Part shown: piece by piece, positions 38,738-52,745 of the stretch
How positions within the stretch are numbered: the first letter of the stretch is position 1
How the letters are laid out: every line of letters begins with the position of its first letter
Source: Octopus vulgaris
Lineage: Eukaryota
DNA length: 64,000 nucleotides
Direction of reading: 5' to 3'
NCBI GenBank assembly: GCA_951406725.2
Contig: OX597820.1
Coordinates: 27,776,001 to 27,840,000, forward strand
The notes under the pieces: generated by a model
What the model was told of the DNA's origin: nothing
What the model saw: the letters and a program-made list of their open reading frames with translations, nothing else
Database searches by the model: none
Program-made: the position numbers and the translations under genes

Positions 38738-40664
38738 ATGAATAATAGTTTTTGTTCCAATATTTGTTATCGTATGAGATCAAATACTGTCTTGATCAAC
38801 TCGCTTTACTTTTTATACTTTCACGTTCGAGTGAGTTGACTGGCGGAAATCTGAAGAAGTTAGATACGGTGCACATAATTCTTATTTGATATGAATAATT
38901 CATATAATTCATATTATATTGCACAGAATTCATATTTGGTATCTATTTTGATATTGTGCGGTCTGAGGTCAAAATGCGTCCTAAGTAACTATTATAGTGG
39001 AGTAACCACGATGATACATAAGAAAGTAACTTTGCCGAGCTTAAATGTGTTGTTGTTTTTGAGTAAAGAAAACTAAGGGCTAACTTTTTTGAAGAGATTA
39101 CAACGATGACGATAGTGATACCAAGCTACTAACTTGAAAAAAGTCTTCTCGTTGGACAATACTCTATTGTTAGTATAGAAGCTTGTGTGTTTAAAGATGA
39201 AGACGTTTGATCGCATAACGAATAATAAACGAACAGCTAAGCTGGGGGCTTAATAGCAACAATAACATTAGCTGCATAAATAGCGTTTAATATATGTATT
39301 CGAACTTCTGGTGTAAAATCCCAGTCTCCCATATTCGTCACATTTACATTCGTTTCAAGCAATTTTGAATAAAATTTTACGTTCGATTTCTAATTAGCAT
39401 TTTACGTCTCAACTTTTATCAGAAATAATATTTAAAAAAAAAAATACAGAAAATACAAAATACAAACTTTCCTACGTAAAACAACTTCCAATAAACTGCA
39501 AATACAACACGAAGAATAACGGGTTACATAAATATCAAAGTGACTATTTGGAATTCTAAACAGCGATTCCAAATTTACAAATAATGATTTAGAAAATCTT
39601 ATTCTCATGCTTTCCTTTCGTTACCATTTCTTTTAATTACTGTTGTTTTTACTTGACTTAAGTTTTTTTTGTTCAATATGTATATACATACGTATATATA
39701 CGTGCATGTGTGTGTGTGTGTGTGTGTGTAATGAAATTTATAATTATTGAAGTCTCCTGTAAGGTTTTGCTAAAAATGTGAAAACGTTTATATAAATGTT
39801 TACAGAAAATCTCATAATATTCTTCTTTAGATTCTCTTAAAGATGGCAGCTGTTATTTTATTTATCTATTTATTTATTGATTTGATGTTTTGCACGGATG
39901 ACAAATTTATAAGCAGATAACCAAATAAAAAAAAAAAAGCAAAAGATGCAGAATTTAAACAAACTACAAAAAAATTCTATAGAACATCAAGAAGACAGCA
40001 CAACGTTAGCAAACTTTAAATATGATTATGTATAACGAACTATAAGCAAACCTCACAGTGTAACATAACTGAAATTAACAAACAAGCAATCAAACAAGCA
40101 AAGAGATGAGCAAAAACATTAAACTAACGCACAAATGAAACAAAAACTACAATGTAAAAATACTTAAAGAAGATAACGCAAATTCAAATCATGTTAGTTT
40201 ATTAAATTCGCAGTTGAAATTAATGAAGGAAACGTGGAAATTTTAATGATATTGTGAATAAAAATTATACGTCTGCTATTTGTCATTATTTGTTGTCTTT
40301 GTTCAGAAATTCAAAGATTATATTATGAAATTCATAAGGATTTATAAGATGAAGTGAGTGAGATCAGAACAGAAAACAGGATGGGGTGAAAAAAAAAAAA
40401 AAAAAACGCATTTAAATTTATATGAGTATGCATATTTTCATCTGTAAATTTAAATTATATACGTAATGAATGTGACTATGTATTTGTAAATCCGCATCCA
40501 TGTTGGCTGTACACACACACACACACACACGAACACACGCACACATACACACACACGCACAAACACATAAATGTTATACATGCATGTAGAGAAACGGATA
40601 GATGCATACACTGACAGAAACACGGACCTGTGTGTATGACATATGAATATGTATATGTTCTAAC

Positions 40665-41003
<339 letters not shown>

Positions 41004-41211
41004 TTGATATTGATATTGTGTGTGAACATATGGAAATGTGTAAAAAACAGGAAGTGAGCCTGCTTTAATAATTTGCATTTCCATACATTTATTTCTCCAT
41101 GTTTCTCGTTTCTAGCATTCGGATTACAAAATTAATACGAAATGCAAAACTGAAAAATAAATAATACAGTAATAAATTGACTTAACGGGTAGAACGTAAA
41201 AATAATCTTGC

Positions 41212-41252
<41 letters not shown>

Positions 41253-41364
41253 TAATAATAATAATCTGGTTAGCATGCGAGTGAACGTGATTATATTGGC
41301 TTGACAGTAAATTCTGCATAAGCTTTTATGCAGTGCACTGCAGCTCATTATAGCTGAATATATA

Positions 41365-41686
41365 TAAGTAGTAGTAGTATAGTAGTTGTAGTAGTAGTAA
41401 TAGTAGTAAAAGTAGTAGTAGTAGTAGTGGTAGTAGTAATACTAGTGATAGTATTTTTAGTAATAGTAGTGGTAGTAGTAGAAGCAGGAGCAGCAGTAGA
41501 ATCAACACCTGTAGTAATAGTATTAGTAATAGTAGTGTTTGTAGTAACAGTAGTAGTAGTAGAATACGTAGTAGTAGTAGTAGTAGTAGTAGTTGCATCA
41601 GTTGTGACAGTTACAGTTATAGTAACATCATCATCTTCAGTAGCGATAGAAGCAACAACTCTATTCTTCTTCTTCTTCTTCTTCTT

Positions 41687-41781
<95 letters not shown>

Positions 41782-42079
41782 TTGTAGTAGTAGAAGTAGT
41801 ATGAGAAGAAGGGGAAGTGGAGAGGGAAGGGAAGGGGAAGTGTTGGGGAAGAACAGAAGATTAGGAGGAAGAGGTGGAGGAAGAGTAGGTGGAGGAAGTG
41901 GGGAGGAGGGATTTTCGTAGTTGTACTAGTAGCAGCAAAAGTTATAGTAGCAATACTACTACTACTACTATCACTACTACAACTACTACTACTACTACTA
42001 CAACCGCTACAACAACTACTACTACTACTACTACTAGTAGTAGTAGTAGTATTAGCAACAGCAGCAGCGCAGCAGCAGC

Positions 42080-42145
<66 letters not shown>
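41365..42145. repeat. Compound (AGT)/(TTC)/(ATT)/(ACT)/(AGC)/(AGT) trinucleotide region
   Basis: Direct inspection. Confidence 0.92.
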
Positions 42146-42769
42146 TCTTGTTTTAGTGGATGTTGTCAGAGGTGAGGGTAGCTGCGGACTAACCTCAAGG
42201 TCAGATAGAACTTAGATGTATTGGGTCATCCCTTAAAAACATGTCCTAATACAATCAAAAGCGTATCACCCGTATATTCCTCTAGTGTTTTTGGTGTCTA
42301 AGATCACATTTTTTGTAAGACGTTGAGGGTTTTATTTGAGAAGAGATTCGGCTGCTATATCTCAGATGGTGACGTGTACGTTCTCGTATATGATATGCCT
42401 ATAACTGTAAGTATGTTTGTATGCGTGTACGTTTTCGTTATTGTGAATTAATCATCGAAAAAGAGATGTTTAGAATCGCCTCACTTAATATTCCTAGACA
42501 CGAGAGATTGATGTGTTTAAGGTTCAACTTGAACTTTAGAAATTACATTTGCAAAGAAATTATGTTCCATTAAAACATTCAAAATACTATAGCTATGAGT
42601 GTTGCATACGATTGCACAGTGTGGATAGTTTTGTATGAGAGAAGAGTAACATGCAAGGATGAAATGAAATATATTTTGATTGATATCCGTTTTGCTCTTT
42701 GGATCACAATCTTTCATTGGTTGTCCTGTTTTATCTTTTGTCCATATTGTCGTATTTTTTCTTTTATTT

Positions 42770-43003
42770 GAGCTGCATACAAACAGGGGCACCATCTTAA
42801 AGGGTTCAGTCGATCAAGCTACTAATGGTGCTTATTGTTTTTTTTTTTTTAAGATTTGGTGCTTATTGTTGTTGATGGTTTTTGTCGAACTGCAAGATAA
42901 CAAGGGCGTAAACAAACCAGCAATGGCTTCCAGACGATGGGGAAGCAAAAACTCGTACATACATAATGCCTTTCCACACACACACACACACACACTCACA
43001 CGC

Positions 43004-43050
<47 letters not shown>

Positions 43051-43328
43051 CACACATATATGCATACATACATACATACATACATACATACATACATACA
43101 TACATGCATACATACATACATACATACATACATACATTTATACATACATAAGCAACGAACTTCCTCACTGTTTCGTTTCCTTCTACCAAATTCACTCACG
43201 AAGCAGGCATTGGTAGAGGAGGGACTATAACAAGACGTCAGTTACGTAAGGTGTCGTAATATGTAAGTGAACCCGATACTACGTCATAAAGTGAACTGTT
43301 TCACCGCACAATGCCTACATGCGCCTAC
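42770..43328 (-). mobile_element. Old SINE family A copy expanded by (AC)/(GATA)/(ATAC) tracts
   Basis: TCTACCAAATTCACTCAC and GTAAACAAACCAGCA landmarks. Confidence 0.65.
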
Positions 43329-43339
43329 ATGTAATATTT

Positions 43340-44472
43340 GTTTCAACTTTTGGTACAAGGCCAGCAATTTCGGTGGAGTGGGTAAGTCGATACCATCGAC
43401 CCCAGTGTCGAATTGAAACTTATCTTATCGACCACGAAAGGATGAACAGTAAAGTTGAGCTCGGCGAGAGACGGACGAAATGCCTTTCAGCATTTTGTCC
43501 GACGTGCTAAGGAATCTATCATCTCTCCCATTTGATGATCACACATAAAACCGTTTTCAAGTTGAACGTCACAAAAAGCTAGTCTGAAAGGTATTTTATT
43601 TTCAAAGATTCTAGGAAGAAGATAATTAATACTAATCTTTCTTAACATAGCTACAAGACCAGAAATTTAGGGGATCGGTCTACTCACGATAGAAGCCCTT
43701 GGTTGCTACGTTATTTCATCGATTCCAGAATGATGAATGGCATTACTAACTTCGGTGGGATTTGAACTCTGAAAGTAAAGACGCGGGACGATTTTGTCCG
43801 CTTTAATAAGTCTTTCTAATATTGACACGGGGCCTGAAATTCTGAGGGAACGGGACGCTAATCGATTTCATTGCTCCCATTGCTCAACCGGTAGTTATTC
43901 CATTGAATCCGAAAGAACAAAAGGTAAAATCGAACTCGGTGGAATTTGAACTCAGAAGTTAAAACCAGAAAAACGCTGCTATGCATATGCCCGGTTTAGT
44001 AACAATTCTGCAAGCTTGCTGTCAGCCAACACTTAATAATCCTTTCTACTATAGGCACGAGGCTAGAGGTTTCAGAGGAGGGGGCAAGTCTATTACATCG
44101 ACCCCAGTCCATTATTAGTACTTATTTTATCGACCCCGAAAAGATGGAAGGAAAGTTCGACCTCGGCGGCTTTTTAACTCAAAAGGTGAAGACGGACGAA
44201 ATGCTGCTAAGCATTTTGCCCGGCGTGCTAATGTTTCTTATTTCTTTATTTCCAGCAAGGGGCTAAACATAGAGGGGACAAACAAGGATAGACAAACGGA
44301 TAAAGTCGATTATATCGACCCCAGTGCGTAACTGGTGCTTATTTAATCGACCCCGAAAGGATGAAAGATAAAGTCGACCTCGGCGGAATTTGAACTCAGA
44401 ACGAGTGGCAGACGAAATGCTGCTAAGCATTTCGCCCGGCGTGCTAACGTTTCTACGAGCTCAACACCTTCT
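43340..44472 (-). mobile_element. Cluster of about 5 SINE-B copies; youngest at about 44240-44470
   Basis: Repeated ATCGACCCCGAAAGGATGAAAG..AAAGTCGACCTCGGCGGAATTTGAACTC. Confidence 0.88.
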
Positions 44473-46039
44473 TCCGACACTTAATAATGATTACAAAAAT
44501 ATATGTGACGACATGAATTTGAATTAAAACGGATGCATATTGATAGTTTGGTAGAATGTGAATTTGACAAAAACTTTGGCTGATATAATAGATTGAGATC
44601 CAAATTTATATGTGGATAGCGTATGTAACCTGATGTAAGAAAATGGCCGCCAGAAGTTGTTTAGTGTCATATAATTCAGTAAGGTAAGATAACATATAAA
44701 CATATAAAGGATAAATTCTGGTTTGAAGCATCATCCTGAATATACGAAGGAATTTGTTTTACATAGCGCCTTTAAATGACGTGTGCAGCATCCTTCATAT
44801 TTACTATTGGCATATTTTTACTCCTTTATATCGTTAAAGAATATCAATGTATATATACCAGGCCTAAGAGCGAATGAGTTGTAGTGTTGTTGATTTATTG
44901 CTTTATCATGAAGTGTTGAGAGTAATATGAATTAACTTGATGAAAACTTACGACTTCTCAAGGCTTTTTGGGGACTAAAACTGGAATTGTACAAAGAGCA
45001 GTCGAAATCTTGAAACAGAATAGTTTTATCGCTAAATAATAGTCAACATAATGTTTTCTATGCCTTGGTAATAAATTGCTTTGTATGAAATATCGGTAGA
45101 AATATAGTATATTTTACTAATTATACAATCGTACATATCAATGATTATTATAAAGAAACAGGTCTCCACCTAAAGCCTGAAATTAGCGATGATCAAATAA
45201 TGCTAGAATATGTAGAGCAGTAGAAAGTAAAAGGCACTAAACATGTGTTTAGCTGGATATATCAAAATAACTATGGAGTTAGAAGGATGTACCGAAGTTA
45301 TTTTAAGAAGAGACGACTTAACTATAATTGAGAGCATTAGAATAGATTCAAGTGCTGGAATTAGAGAAAGAGGAGGAAAATCACCATACAAGTACATCGA
45401 AGCAGGTCTGATTGAATACCACATACAGAAATGAAAGAAGGTATCAGATAAGAATACTACTGAAGATTCAGCGTAATAACAGTGCAATCAGTACTAAAAA
45501 TATGAAAACAAGTATAAGTATAATAGTTGTCCAGTTATCAACAGCAGTTTCAAAATAATATATTCGAATATAATTGAAGAGTAGCTTAGACAAGGAAACG
45601 AGAAAACTTTTCATAGCTTTCCGGAGTTTCCATATAATATCTACCTGATAGCATGTACGTACGATGGACAGGAGATAAACAGATCTTAGTGAAAATAAAA
45701 TACTAAAAAGTGACAAAAGTAAGCATGAGAAAATGTCTGAAGCAAACGAATGGAAATTTTGTTTGAACAATGCATGGACAGCAAGTTGATAGAACAAAAA
45801 TGTTCTCCTCTATCACATTCTTTATCATTCGCTCTCTCCCACTCTCTCCCGTTATAAGTAAATATGTATGTATTTATATATATATATGAAGAAGGAAAAG
45901 AATGACGTCACTGGTGGTTCGAATCAGTTTAATTTTTTGATTGTATAATTTTACAGTTTGGTTTGTAGCAAGTTCTTCATTAACTTTTGTGGGGAGATTT
46001 TCTTAAAAGATTCTTTCACTTTTCTGGGGAAATTTCTTG

Positions 46040-46540
46040 CATTCGTCCGAAATCAAATTACTTAGCCAAATTCGAAATGAAAAACAGGAACGTTTATGGA
46101 TTACCGAAAGTTCGCAAATCCAAAGAAATCCAAAGCAATATAGAAGGCAAAAATACATCATATGTCGAAGTACCAAAACCGACAGGTTTAAAATTACGCC
46201 TAATTGTTGCTGGTCCAGCCTCAACCGCACAACATCTAAGCAACTTATTCGACATCATTCTGAAATCCCTGTGTAAAAAAATGCCAAGCTACGTCAGAGA
46301 TGATATGGAATTCCAGAACTATATCGCCTAGACAGTACACCAATACAAATGTTAGTCAGCTTTGACGAAACAAGCTTATATACTAATATCCCACACGAAC
46401 AGGGAATTGGAGCTGCTGACCTCTAGATTACAAAACACCTAGATTCTATTTCCGAAAGTGTTTATTTTGGAAGGGCTCAAATTGATATGAGAACAACCAT
46501 TTCTTTGATAATGAACTGTATTTACAAATAAAATGGGCAG
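46040..46540 (+). mobile_element. Penelope-like element RT fragment
   Basis: VYGLPKVRKS, LKLRLIVAGP, LSNLFDIILK, SYVRDD, LVSFDETSLYTNIPH. Confidence 0.85.
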
Positions 46541-47267
46541 CAAATCTCATCTGCCTTTTATTTGCTTTCATAAGTCGATGCGCTCATTCTATATTTCTTA
46601 CGTTTTACACCTCCTTACAACAGTTTTCTGCGTTGGCATTCCCTAACTTTATGCGTCGTCTTTCGGAAAAGAAGTATAGCTGCTGATCGATGACTCTGTG
46701 TGTGTGTGTGTGCATTACTGTTTGTACTTGTGTTGGTGTTGCATTTTGCTGGAAGATGCTTCTGTTCTCGGAGAAGCTCGTACACGACTCCAAACTTCTG
46801 GGGCGGGGGATGGGGGTTGTCATTAAAAAAAGAATTCGAGTTCAACCGCCTCTAAAACACGATACTCTCGTTCGGAAACAAAATTAAGAAACAACTGCAT
46901 GTAATAGCCAATAGCAATTATGTAATTATATGCCATGTTTCAAATTCGGTTCATCGATATACATTATTAAAAAAATGAACAAAAAATATAATTTTTATAA
47001 CTGAAATATAATTTTTATCGATACGTTGTTCTTGGGTATTTGCGTTTGCGTGCTTGCAAAGTTCATTTATAAATGAAACAAGCAGATTAGATCTTAATTA
47101 ATTTTATATTTGTATCAGATATAACTGCACGATCAAGAGAATGATTGCATTTAACGAACGTACACAATACAGGAAATATCAGGAATATCAGAATTCTCAA
47201 GTGGAGAGTAATCCGAAATTTAGATATATTCACGAATCCATTCTGATATTAATCTGTTTCACATGCT

Positions 47268-47315
47268 GAAGCTGATTATCAAAGGAAAATGAATTTTCCT
47301 TTGATAATCAGCTTC
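47268..47315. repeat. Perfect inverted repeat, 23-bp arms, 2-nt spacer
   Basis: GAAGCTGATTATCAAAGGAAAAT-GA-ATTTTCCTTTGATAATCAGCTTC. Confidence 0.97.
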
Positions 47316-48135
47316 GACTTCTTTTGAAACAGATTTATATCTGCTAGGATTCTTGGATAAATCTAAATTTATAAGATTCAAATTACATGGGTAAGAAATA
47401 TAATTATAAATCGCGTTATTCTAATAAAATATAACAGATTTATGCACAAAATCACTTATATACACATATGTAGGTAGAATATGTATGTATGAATGTATAC
47501 GTGCATTGTGTATATATAAATCTGCACATATACATACAAACGAATATGCCATACAAATATATTGAAATTCCGATGCAAGACCCACACACACACCGTATAC
47601 ATATATTCATATATTGATTTGCATACACACACACACACATATATATGTGTGTGTGTATATATATATAGAGGTGTATGTGTGTGTGTGTAAAACACACACA
47701 CACAAACACATAGTTTAGCATACATATATTCATATAGTGATTTGCATACATATATGTGCATGTGTGTGTGAATGAGTGCGGTGTGTGTGTGTGTGTGTGT
47801 GTGTCTATGTGTGTGTGTTCGCGCGTATCTATGCCTGTATGTGTGTGTGTACTGCTATACTGTTATATTTGTAGTACAGAAAAACAAGATTTGGATGAGT
47901 TAGTCCTGCTATAGAATACTTATACAAGCGAAAAGAGGAAGAGAAAAAAATACCTGTGCTGCATAATGAGAGTATTTTGAGTATGTTTGAGAGGTTCCAC
48001 TTCAGAAAGATCGCGGTTCCGGTATTTCAGAGCTTTGCAACTATCTACATACAAATATTAAAAAAATCTCAAGAACGGTATTGAGACTGAGTCTAATTTC
48101 AGATAGTGACTAACACGGTTTGACAACTGCAGTTT

Positions 48136-48538
48136 AGGCTTGGGAGTGGCCGTGTGGTAAGTAGCCTGCTTACGAACCACGTGGTTCCGGGTTCAGTCCC
48201 ACTGCGTGGCACCTTGGGCAAATGTCTTCTACTATAGCCTTGGGCCGACCAAAGCCTTGTGAATGGATTTGGTAGACGGAAACTGAAAGAAGCCCGTCGT
48301 ATATATGTATGTATACATATATGTATGTGTGTGTCTGTGTTTGTCTCCCCAATATTGCTTGACAACTGATGCTGGTGTGTTTACGTCCGGTAACTTAGCG
48401 GTTCGGCAAAAGAGACCGATAAAATAAGTACTAGGCTTACAAAGAATATATCCTGGGGTCGATTTTCTCGACTAAAGGCGGTGCTCCAGCATGGCCACAG
48501 TCACATGACTGAAACAAGTAAAAGAGAGAGAAAAGAGA
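48136..48538 (+). mobile_element. SINE family A, well-preserved full-length copy
   Basis: TGGCCGTGTGG A box, GGTTCAGTCC B box, complete tail. Confidence 0.92.
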
Positions 48539-49053
48539 TTCGAAACATCATTTATGAGTTGCAATTTACTAAGTCTCTTATGACGACTCCAAGAATATAA
48601 GAAGAATGTTGAAACTGCAAATTTATCAAATTTCGACAAGAGCTACTTGGTGTCACGCCGTGTTATACAGTAACTGGGATGTATTGTGGTACTGCAAAAA
48701 CGGAAGTGTAAATTAACAAATTCCTTCTGTCATATGACGGTAAACGATTCATTGCAACGTTCGTTCGTATGTCATAGCAATAGTGATAACAGCAAGGAAA
48801 CGGAGCATGTGAAAATCTGATAAAGTTGCAGAGAACAGCCCAAATATGTACTTCAGAACACTGTGTAGACCTCACAGACTGGACAAAAGCAGAGGAGTAG
48901 ATGCAGGACAAATGCTTATTCTGTGAGATTAAGAAGTAGACACGTTATACTGAAACCAGCGAATTAATCCCAATGAGAAAAGAAGACCTGGCAACAAAAG
49001 TTTGACTTGGAAAGTAGACAGATATCTGAGCAAAGTAATCTTTCGTAGAGAAG

Positions 49054-49344
49054 TTAGTCAGTTAGTTAAGTTAGTTAATTTTTTGGCTAAAAAAGCAAAA
49101 AAGCAAGGCCATGTAGGGGGACATGGAGTTATGTACAGGGTGGTGTTCATGTAAAGAGTTCAGGCCACTTGTGGTCAAGGGAGACTTTGAACCGAGCGGT
49201 CGTCGGCATCTTCACCATCTCGTCCGGCAGCTTATTCTACGGATCCACAACCCGGACGGAGAAAGCCCCTCTCCTTCGATTGAGATGAAATCGTCGCAGA
49301 TAGAGCTTTTCGGAATGACCCCACAGCCGACGCTCTGGAGCAGG
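49054..49344 (-). mobile_element. 5'-truncated CR1-type LINE 3' end with TSD
   Basis: WGHSEKLYLRRFHLNRRRGAFSVRVVDP*NKLP...FKVSLD; (AACT)-like tail; AGAGAAG duplicated at 49047-49053 and 49345-49351. Confidence 0.85.
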
Positions 49345-50796
49345 AGAGAAGGCTGTGAAAGGAAGAAGTCTGCCAGATATAGATTTATATTGGGAACTTC
49401 CTACATTGAGTTTTCGTCCAATGCACATGTTAGATCATGGAGCTATAGAAATACCGTTGCTTTTAAGTTGTTCAAGTGTAAGTCGACTCTCGCAGAATCC
49501 ACCTGGCAATATATCGAAATTATGAATAAATTTGCAGACAAATCTAAACAAAAATGCAACACAATCATTGTGATACGATACAACGATAGTTTTTTTTTTT
49601 TGTTTTCTACTGAAAATGGGAAAATGCTAATCAGAAGCGTGTACAAGCGAATTTCAAAGATCCTGATTTCTGAACAGTGTGAATAAGTGAAAGGATTTGA
49701 TAACGCTGCAGATAGCTCTCGTGGTCTTAAGGTATATTTTAGGGTGTCAAAACGGCCTTATTGCATAGTCTGCATTCACAAACTCCAACTGTTGAGTTGG
49801 TAGTACCTTAGAAAAAATACAACGTTTCGTACCAAGTATTTGGTGTCGCTGTTGCCACACTGACATCAAACATGTTCTTCTCTCTCCTCCTCCTCCTCTC
49901 CTCCTCTCTCTCTCTCCTCTCTCTCCCCTCTCTTCCTACTGTCTCTCTCTCCTCTCTCTCTATGCTTGAAAGTAAATATGTCCGGGTTTTACCGAAATGG
50001 TCACGTTTATGTCCTTCGTGTTCAGTTAATAAATTCTGCCATCTCAGTCTCTTCCTCTGCCTCCCTATATTTCTATCTGTGTGTGTATATTCCTGCGATC
50101 AATACTCTCGCGTGTATGTTTGCGTCTAGCATCAAAACGAACAGTGGTCAAAACAAGATGAATGCCCAGTCAACCATGCCAAATTGTCTGCGTCCAATCA
50201 GCAGTGTTAAATCATCCCGTTCCAATTTAGCATATAGTTTATGATGACATAAAACATAAATATAAGGAAGTCATCTGGGGTACAAGAGTGGCATTAAACT
50301 TTGGAAAAAAATATGAGAGACAGCGATGTGTCAATTGCAAATATAAGAGGAGAATGTTTCAACATGGATATGGCATGAAACAAACACACAATGTATAAAT
50401 AATTGACAGGCGTTGGTGTCATATATGCAACGATTCTGTGTAGTGTTGCAAGGATAACAGAGGAGAGGGTTGCTACTCAATGATTCAAAAGAAACTGGAC
50501 TAATCTAGGTAGAATAAAAAGAGATCAGATATACTGGGGGATATCATAGTCTCAGGTGGTCCCTAAACTTTAATGATTTCAAGTAAAAGGGTGATGAAAA
50601 TATTTACTCACACTCGAGTTTGGAGTCTACACCCCTTTGTGAGTTCATGCAGTTGATGAAAACTGCTCAGAGAAACTTTTAGTAGCAGTGGAGCGAGTTT
50701 CGTCTGCATCAGATAATATGTTTATACATACATACAAACGTATGTGCAATATACACATATGTGTGTGTGTGAGATAATGTGAGATAATTGAATATG

Positions 50797-50834
<38 letters not shown>

Positions 50835-51019
50835 ATAGAAATGGTAAGACAACAAAAGAATTAAAGAGACCTCGATATTATGTAAATAGAGGAATTTATC
50901 TGCAAATATAATATGTGATAATTATTCGGTCGCCATAATAAAACTCCAATTTTCGGATGTCGGGGCGGAAACCCACGCCGCCATCTCTTCAATTATCGGG
51001 CCATCGAAAAAAATGCATT

Positions 51020-51264
51020 TTACTTCGTTATCTCCCGTACTCTTTCGCTCTCCTGTGTGACCCATCTGTCCGGCGGTCGCCATGATAGTTCGGTAGCCAC
51101 TACACACATTTTTCGCTCTCCTTGTTTCTTTCTATGTTCCTTTCTGAGGAAGAGCGTAGGCTCGAAACGTAAAAGACTTTTTTCACTTCCCGAGCGTTAT
51201 ACTAATACATCTGTTTGTTTTCTACACCATCTGTCTTCGTCTTTTCATTTTTCGTGAATTCTCC

Positions 51265-51265
<1 letters not shown>
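51020..51265 (+). mobile_element. PLE-type terminal repeat carrying a hammerhead
   Basis: Homologous to 25640-25848; related 3' segment (GAGCGT...TAATAC) in 21492-21625. Confidence 0.75.
51140..51175 (+). ncRNA. Minimal type I hammerhead ribozyme, intact core
   Basis: Helix I CTTT/AAAG, CTGAGGA plus extra A, helix II GAGC-GTAG-GCTC, GAAAC-GTA with palindromic ACGT helix III. Confidence 0.8.
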
Positions 51266-51312
<47 letters not shown>

Positions 51313-51968
51313 GTAGCGATATGTGTATGCATGTATGTGTGTACGTGTGTATGTGAATGTATGTATATATATGTATACGTGAACTTTTAAATACGTTTCG
51401 TAGAGTAACTAGGAGTAAGTAACAAATGTTATGCTCGAAAATCTCGGTCTCTGAGCTATTATGGAAATTTTCTATACATTAAACTGAACAAAGCACAAGT
51501 AAGAGACAAGCATTAAAAAAAAAACACGGAAAGGGAAGCTTACAGAAAGAATTGCAGCTAGTGTTAGCTCACTGCATTGCATCTGCTTCATATATGTTCT
51601 GTGAATAAATAGTATTGGAACACATCAGAAATTGTATCGACATAAATACTTTAGGTAGTTGTGTAATGTTGTTTACAGTCTTCGGTATAAAGGGAGCTTC
51701 GACAGCTATTGTATGTAACCCGAATACACGATATCTTAAACAACACAACAGTAGCAAATAAAACAGTCTCGTAGAGAAAATTCACTTTTAATATTAGTTA
51801 AATGTTGTTCTGTTAACTTAAATATGGCGCTTGAAAGTTACTGGGTTCCTAGAAGATAAATCTAGATAATACACTGACACCTGCATGCATTCCATCAATT
51901 TTCGTCTCTCCATATCATCCTTTCTCTTGTTCTCTCTGCTTATCCCTCGCTATATATCTATATCTTTA

Positions 51969-52035
<67 letters not shown>

Positions 52036-52037
<2 letters not shown>

Positions 52038-52240
52038 TTTTTACTCCTTTACTCTCTTTTACTTGTTTCAGTCATTTGACTGTGGCCATACTGGAGCATC
52101 GCCATGAGTCGAGCAAATCGACCCCAGGACTTATTCTTTGTAAGACTAGTACTTATTCTATCGGTCTCTTTTGCCGAACCGCTAAGTTACGGCGACATAA
52201 ACACACCACCATCGGTTGTCAAGCGATGTTGGGGGGGACA
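52036..52240 (-). mobile_element. SINE family A 3' half
   Basis: Reverse-complement homologue of the family A tail. Confidence 0.85.
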
Positions 52241-52539
52241 TATATATATATATACATAGATACATATATACACACTGGCACGCACACACATACGTATGCG
52301 TGTGCCATAGTACATATATGAGCCTGTGTGTAGTAGGTTGCCTTTTGGTCCCCTATGTCCCACCTAAACTGGGCTGTACGCCCGTTTGTTTAAAAACAAC
52401 TCTCATTGTGCTGACGTAAATATTTAATTTTGTAGATTAACATTTCTCGACACCTATGTCAGATTGCACTTGTGTGCTGAGACTAGCTAAGCTGGAATTG
52501 ATGCAGCATAGGCACCTGAAGCACCTATGGGCACGATAA

Positions 52540-52745
52540 TCCTTTGTACTATAAGTATAATGCACGAAATCTTGAAAGAGGGGCAATCCAATTACATCGA
52601 TATCCGGGCTCGACTGATGCTTATTTTATCGACGTCGAAATGATGAAAGACAAGTCAACTTCGGCGGAATTTGAACACAGAACATATAAACCGGAAGGAA
52701 TACCGATTAACATTTTGTAGGGCGCGCTAAAGATTTTGCCAGCAC
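52540..52745 (-). mobile_element. Old SINE-B copy
   Basis: GATGAAAGACAAGTCAACTTCGGCGGAATTTGAAC. Confidence 0.7.

Noticed and set aside
44860-45780. Possible decayed LINE coding sequence (also 50270-50600)
   Set aside because: A-rich strand bias and isolated motif hints only; no ordered motif set
49123-49686. 187-aa ORF as a host gene
   Set aside because: It is the antisense of a CR1 3' end running into flanking sequence
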